From the NCBI GenBank assembly GCA_008632985.1, contig QPGO01000073.1:124001-188000 (forward strand): a stretch of 64,000 bases of DNA, written 5' to 3'. Made by a program: the position numbers and the translations under genes. Source of the stretch: Psammoneis japonica (taxonomy: Eukaryota). The notes beneath the pieces are model-generated. The model was given only the letters and a program-made list of their open reading frames with translations. It was not told the DNA's origin and ran no database searches. Position 1 is the first letter of the stretch. Every line of letters starts with the position of its first letter. Shown piece by piece: positions 60,001 through 64,000 of this stretch.

Positions 60001-62017
60001 TACGGAGCTTGCAAGAACATCCAGTCAGGCCACAAGAAGCCCAAGAGCAAAAGAAAGCAAGGGAAAAAAACAAACGATGGAAGAGCACCAGACACCACAA
60101 AGCAGCTGACAAGGCCAAAAAAGAAGCCTGCACCCAAAAAGAGGCCAGGGGAGTTGGCAGCAAAGAAGCAGGCAGGAGGCACCATGAAGCAAACAAGGAT
60201 CAAGTTCAAGACCCAATCATCAAAAAAAACTGCACCCAGGCATGCTGTGACCTCATTCCAAGGCATCCCATGGAATGTGCCCAGCAAAGGAGACTGTCCT
60301 GGCATCAACAACACTTGCAGGCTGGACAGCTTGTTGACTTTGCTGTTCTCACTTCACAAGCAGCAGCTGATGAAGAAGCCAATGGCGGAGCTGGCTGATC
60401 CAGACAACCTCCTGTCAAAGACGTTCAGCTTGATGGAGAAGGGTGAGTTTGATGATGCCAGGCACCTTTGGGTGAGTGACAATTCTGTTCTCAAGGACAT
60501 GAATTGCCAAATTAGAAAGAGCCGGTTTGCCAAGTTCAACATGTTTGGGTCACTCTTTGAGGTTTTTGGCCCACCAGTCAGTCCAGGAGCTCCCTTCCCA
60601 ATGAGCCAGTCATTTTGAGCCTGCTTTGAATTCTTTGAAAAGTGTGTTGCAGGTGACTCTTGGTGTCCTTCATGCTTCTCTGATGAGGATGAAGATGGGC
60701 GTCCAAGGAAAAAGATCTTCAACACATTCCCCATTTCAGAATTTGACAGTGCCAGCCACAGCCTCCAAACTTGCCTTGAGAGTGACTTGCAGAAGTGTGG
60801 GAACTTTCAAGGTGGTGTTGGTGAGGGTGAGGATGCAGTGATGGTGGCAAGTGACACCCCAGAGGAGAGGCAATGCTGCGGATTCCTGAACACCACTGAA
60901 AAAGTCATCACGAAGTTCCCACACATGATGGTTTTTACAAGCACCCCAAAACCCGGTCTTTCACTTGGAGATTTGGAGACAGAGTTTTCTCTTTGTGGGA
61001 AACAGTTTGGCTTGAGAGGGACCTTGAGTGGAGATGGTGGAGTTCACTTCACTTCATGCATCAGAGGAGAGGCAAGCTGGATCTTTTATGATGGAATTGG
61101 GGATGATTTCCCTGTCTGGGAGAGGTGGATGTTTCGCGAACAAGACCAGGTTTTTCAGGGAGAGCACAGCTCCCAGATGGTCATGGCCACAGTGTGCGAG
61201 GTCTCAGACTTGGAGGTTGGAGAGGAGAGCAGCAAGCCAGGGGAGCAAGAGCAAAGCAAGCCAGGAGAAGAGGAAGAGCATTTGGAGATTGGAGAGGAAA
61301 GCAACAAGCCAGGGGTGCAAGAGCAAAGCAAGCCAGGAGAGGAAAAGCAAGGCAAGCAACAGAAGAGAAAGAGAGTGGCCTTGGGCAATGGTGCAATCAA
61401 GTGGAAACAAGTGGCCAGAGCAGTCAAGCTTGAGTTCAGGGAGGAGGGCAAGACAGGGGGAAGATTGCCAACATGCAGGGGCTGCGGCCAGCTCCTCTCT
61501 CAGAATGAAAACAGGCTTCTCTGCACCTTTTATGAGAAAAAAGGACACAAACTCAAGACAGAATGGCAGCTGCACTGCAGGCTGACATGCATTGATGGCA
61601 AATTGGATGAGCAATCTCTTCACAAATTGTTTGAAAAAGGGGAGCACCAAGCAGTTCGGGGCCTTCAAGGGCAGCTTGAGCAGGCTGCCAAAAATGTGCA
61701 GCATGTGATTTGAGGCTGAGGTTTTCAAGTTTTCTGCAAACAACAACTCTTTTGTTTGTCTAATTTAGAACTGCTTTGTCTGCACATTGTTGGCTTTTAT
61801 CATGTTCATTGGAGCATTGTCCACTGCTTGGTGCAATGCGTTTTTCATTGTTTGCCGGCACACCCACGTGGAATGTACGGCACAGTGCACAACACACTTG
61901 CAAAATTTGTCCATGCTGCAGCTGGTGTGGTCCCACGTAGAAATGTACGCAAGGGTCATAGTGCACTCGAGTGCACTTGAAGTACACTTGACAAGGTACA
62001 CTTTTTTGACTTTTCCC
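57025..62017 (+). mobile_element. Full-length Mutator-like element (MULE), ~5.0 kb
   Basis: 9-bp TSD GCAAGGCAG at 57016-57024 and 62018-62026. Imperfect TIRs: GGAGGAAAGACAAATGAGTGCAC.. versus the reverse complement of the right end, GGGAAAAGTCAAAAAAGTGTAC... A ~240-bp subterminal tandem repeat at ~57195-57630. Encodes a transposase. Confidence 0.82.
58232..61713 (+). pseudogene. MULE transposase pseudogene: GCM-type Zn DNA-binding domain + DDE domain + USP-like cysteine protease + PARP-type zinc finger
   Basis: GCM-like TGWAM...CMGVFVC...RP...CP...HKGRHQHPRPP. Catalytic QTDS, DFSDAIRNGF, FCDVHF (CxxH) and TNAQEN. Cys box NNTCRLDSLL, His box GVHFTSCIR...WIFYDG. TCRGC...R...WQLHC..C. One frameshift at ~59450 and one in-frame TGA at 60616-60618. 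Confidence 0.78.
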
Positions 62018-62354
62018 GCAAGGCAGGTACTCATGTGTTTCATAAAAATGTGTAATTTCCATTTATATACATTGTCTAATTGTAGCGTAAGTCTAGCCCT
62101 TTCACTTGAACGAATATAGAATAATGTACGCTGTCCATCAAAGAATTATGCGCGGTAACTGTAGTGACATCAAAGCTTGCGTTCAACAAGAAAGGGAAGC
62201 CAAGTATCATTCACTTGATGTATCATGAAGTTGTTCGTCTTTGTATACATGCATGAACCAAATCTTCTTTGCCGCCCCATTAACGTCTTCCCATTCCGGC
62301 ACTTGCGAGCCCTCTTCGAACCCTTTCCGTCCTTGCACCTTCTCTCGGTCAGTT

Positions 62355-63527
62355 TTAAGGTACTGGTAGCCGAATATTTCGATCAGCAACTGGAGTGATC
62401 TTCCAGCGCTGGCGGAGCTGGTTGCATCGGTGGAGGCGGTCAGTGTAAACTTTGTATCGTGAGAACCCCCTTGAAGTCAGAAAACGAAGCGTCCCAAACT
62501 GCTGAATGAAATAGTCGTTGAATGGAAAAAGGCTGTCTCTCACGATCCACAGCTGCGCGTCATTGTCTTGGCGAGAACGAGTGACAACAGAAAACCTGTT
62601 GCCCGTGTCTTCATATTCGTCATGCAAGTAATAACCTAGGCTTTTTTGCTGAATGGTGTAAACCACTCCAGTGGGATAGATGCTCCATTCTTGGGACTTA
62701 TTGCTCTGTTTAGGGCGAGTGACTACTCGAAAGTGGCCTGATTCGTAAGCATCCAGAAAGCGGGAGTTGCTCTTTTGTTCAACAGTGTATATGGAGAGTT
62801 TTTCAGTGCCAAGATTTTCACTTTTAACTATCCAAAGCTGTGTGTCGTTGTCTTGGAAATCCCTCGTGACAACCTGGAAGTCGTGTTCCTTGTTCTCGTG
62901 GGCGTCAAGAAACATACGTGAGCTTAAATGCTGGACACGGTATGTGTTGTAACTGCCACTAGGGTAGAAGACCCATTCAGTTTGGCCCGGAATAGAGCCC
63001 CCATCGCGACGAGTTCTAACCCTATAGCGCTCCACGAATCTTCGCCGCAAATAGCGGTTAGTCAAGTCGCCGGTAACAGGTGTTATCCCTACCATGAACC
63101 TTCCGTTCAATACCTGTTGAACTACTGTTGCCACCACACCAACCGGAGTGAAGAGCCATCTTTGGTAATCATCATTTCGAAACAAGGGGTTGGCAAAAAC
63201 GCCCAAATCGTCAAAGCCGAGATCATCGGAGGCCGCGTCCAAATAGCCACCACGACTGTGATTGGGGAGCCTTACGTTCACATTAAAGTCAACGCCTTCG
63301 GCCGGGAAGTAATAGACCTTTTTGTAAAGGATCCCGAGACTACGGGGCCTGGGAATACAACCAATGCACGTCAACAAAGGATCATGCAGCAGACCTAATA
63401 GCATGTCTCTTCGACGTGCGTCACCGGGCGGTGAATCTTCATGTTCTTGAAGTTGACCAGGATCTGCGCCGGTGACCACCGAGAAAGCTACAAGAGCAAG
63501 AATAGCACATTTAAGGATGCGTTGCAT
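62355..63527 (-). CDS. Secreted ricin-B/beta-trefoil lectin-like repeat protein
   Basis: Signal peptide MQRILKCAILALVAFSVVTG and ~45-aa repeats Y.(I/V).Q.S..RFLDA.E....F.VVTR..Q.N..Q.W with the QxW signature. Intronless. Confidence 0.8.
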   Translation of the reverse strand: MQRILKCAILALVAFSVVTGADPGQLQEHEDSPPGDARRRDMLLGLLHDPLLTCIGCIPRPRSLGILYKKVYYFPAEGVDFNVNVRLPNHSRGGYLDAASDDLGFDDLGVFANPLFRNDDYQRWLFTPVGVVATVVQQVLNGRFMVGITPVTGDLTNRYLRRRFVERYRVRTRRDGGSIPGQTEWVFYPSGSYNTYRVQHLSSRMFLDAHENKEHDFQVVTRDFQDNDTQLWIVKSENLGTEKLSIYTVEQKSNSRFLDAYESGHFRVVTRPKQSNKSQEWSIYPTGVVYTIQQKSLGYYLHDEYEDTGNRFSVVTRSRQDNDAQLWIVRDSLFPFNDYFIQQFGTLRFLTSRGFSRYKVYTDRLHRCNQLRQRWKITPVADRNIRLPVP

Positions 63528-64000
63528 GATTCTGTCTTCGCAACCGCATACTGTATGAATGAGAGCCCAAAGACCGGATTGTTGTAAGAGGTAGGTACTG
63601 TATCAAGCAAGAAGGGAAGAAAGAACAAAACGATTGTGATGCGGTATGTCAAGACAACGATCTTCAAATTGAAAATCTTGAAATCTGGGACATCGCATAG
63701 CGCAATCCCGAAGAACAAATCATCCCGTGACACGACACGACATACGGTCAGACCGTCAGAATTCACTCGGTCCGTCCGGCCGTCGCCGAGCGCGATGTTT
63801 GTGGCGTCCCTTGCCCAGCACCAAGGTTGGGGCCACTGCGGGTGCTGCTGCTCTCCAAGAGGGCCCTAGACTAGAGCATGTAAAGAAGTTTGAAAAGAAC
63901 CAAGAGAAGAAGAAAAAGAAGTCAAAAGATGCACAACATGATGCCCCAGTTGTGCTGGTCACATGTGCCAGGACATCACAGCACCCGCCTGAGTGCCCAA

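Noticed and set aside
13450..62017. Classical RIP or 5mC deamination alone as the explanation for the composition
   Set aside because: RIP increases TpA, and CpG deamination does not remove TpA. Neither converts Tyr to Cys/His.

Overview
Eukaryotic genomic DNA, most likely a pennate diatom. This is inferred from short GT-AG introns, a bipartite plastid-targeting peptide, and gene families typical of diatoms. About 13 ordinary genes (signal-peptide SET-like, DUF4336-like, reprolysin, ankyrin/TRP-like channel, GT8, PDZ-like, FG-GAP-like, three sulfotransferase-like, RBM19/MRD1, a small plastid protein, a ricin-B-like protein) alternate with large transposon-rich domains (~13.5-17.5 kb, ~22.5-24.6 kb, ~33.3-47.6 kb, ~49.1-62.0 kb). 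The main observation is that these repeat domains have lost almost all TpA dinucleotides as well as many CpG. Paired copies, terminal inverted repeats and conserved protein motifs show TpA->TpG/CpA conversion (A:T->G:C; Tyr->Cys/His). This is the opposite direction to fungal RIP, and it spares intact genes even when they are duplicated, so it is a candidate repeat-targeted adenine hypermutation (genome-defence) process. The domains contain an endonuclease-less Penelope-like array with three type I hammerhead ribozyme motifs inserted into a (CT)n microsatellite, a complete 5-kb Mutator-like element encoding GCM + DDE + USP-like protease + PARP-type zinc finger, a 4.1-kb hAT-type element, a Tc1/IS630 remnant, a PIF1 helicase remnant and an unmutated hAT MITE. 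Several host genes carry single frameshifts that probably reflect assembly indel errors. All counts and alignments were done by eye.
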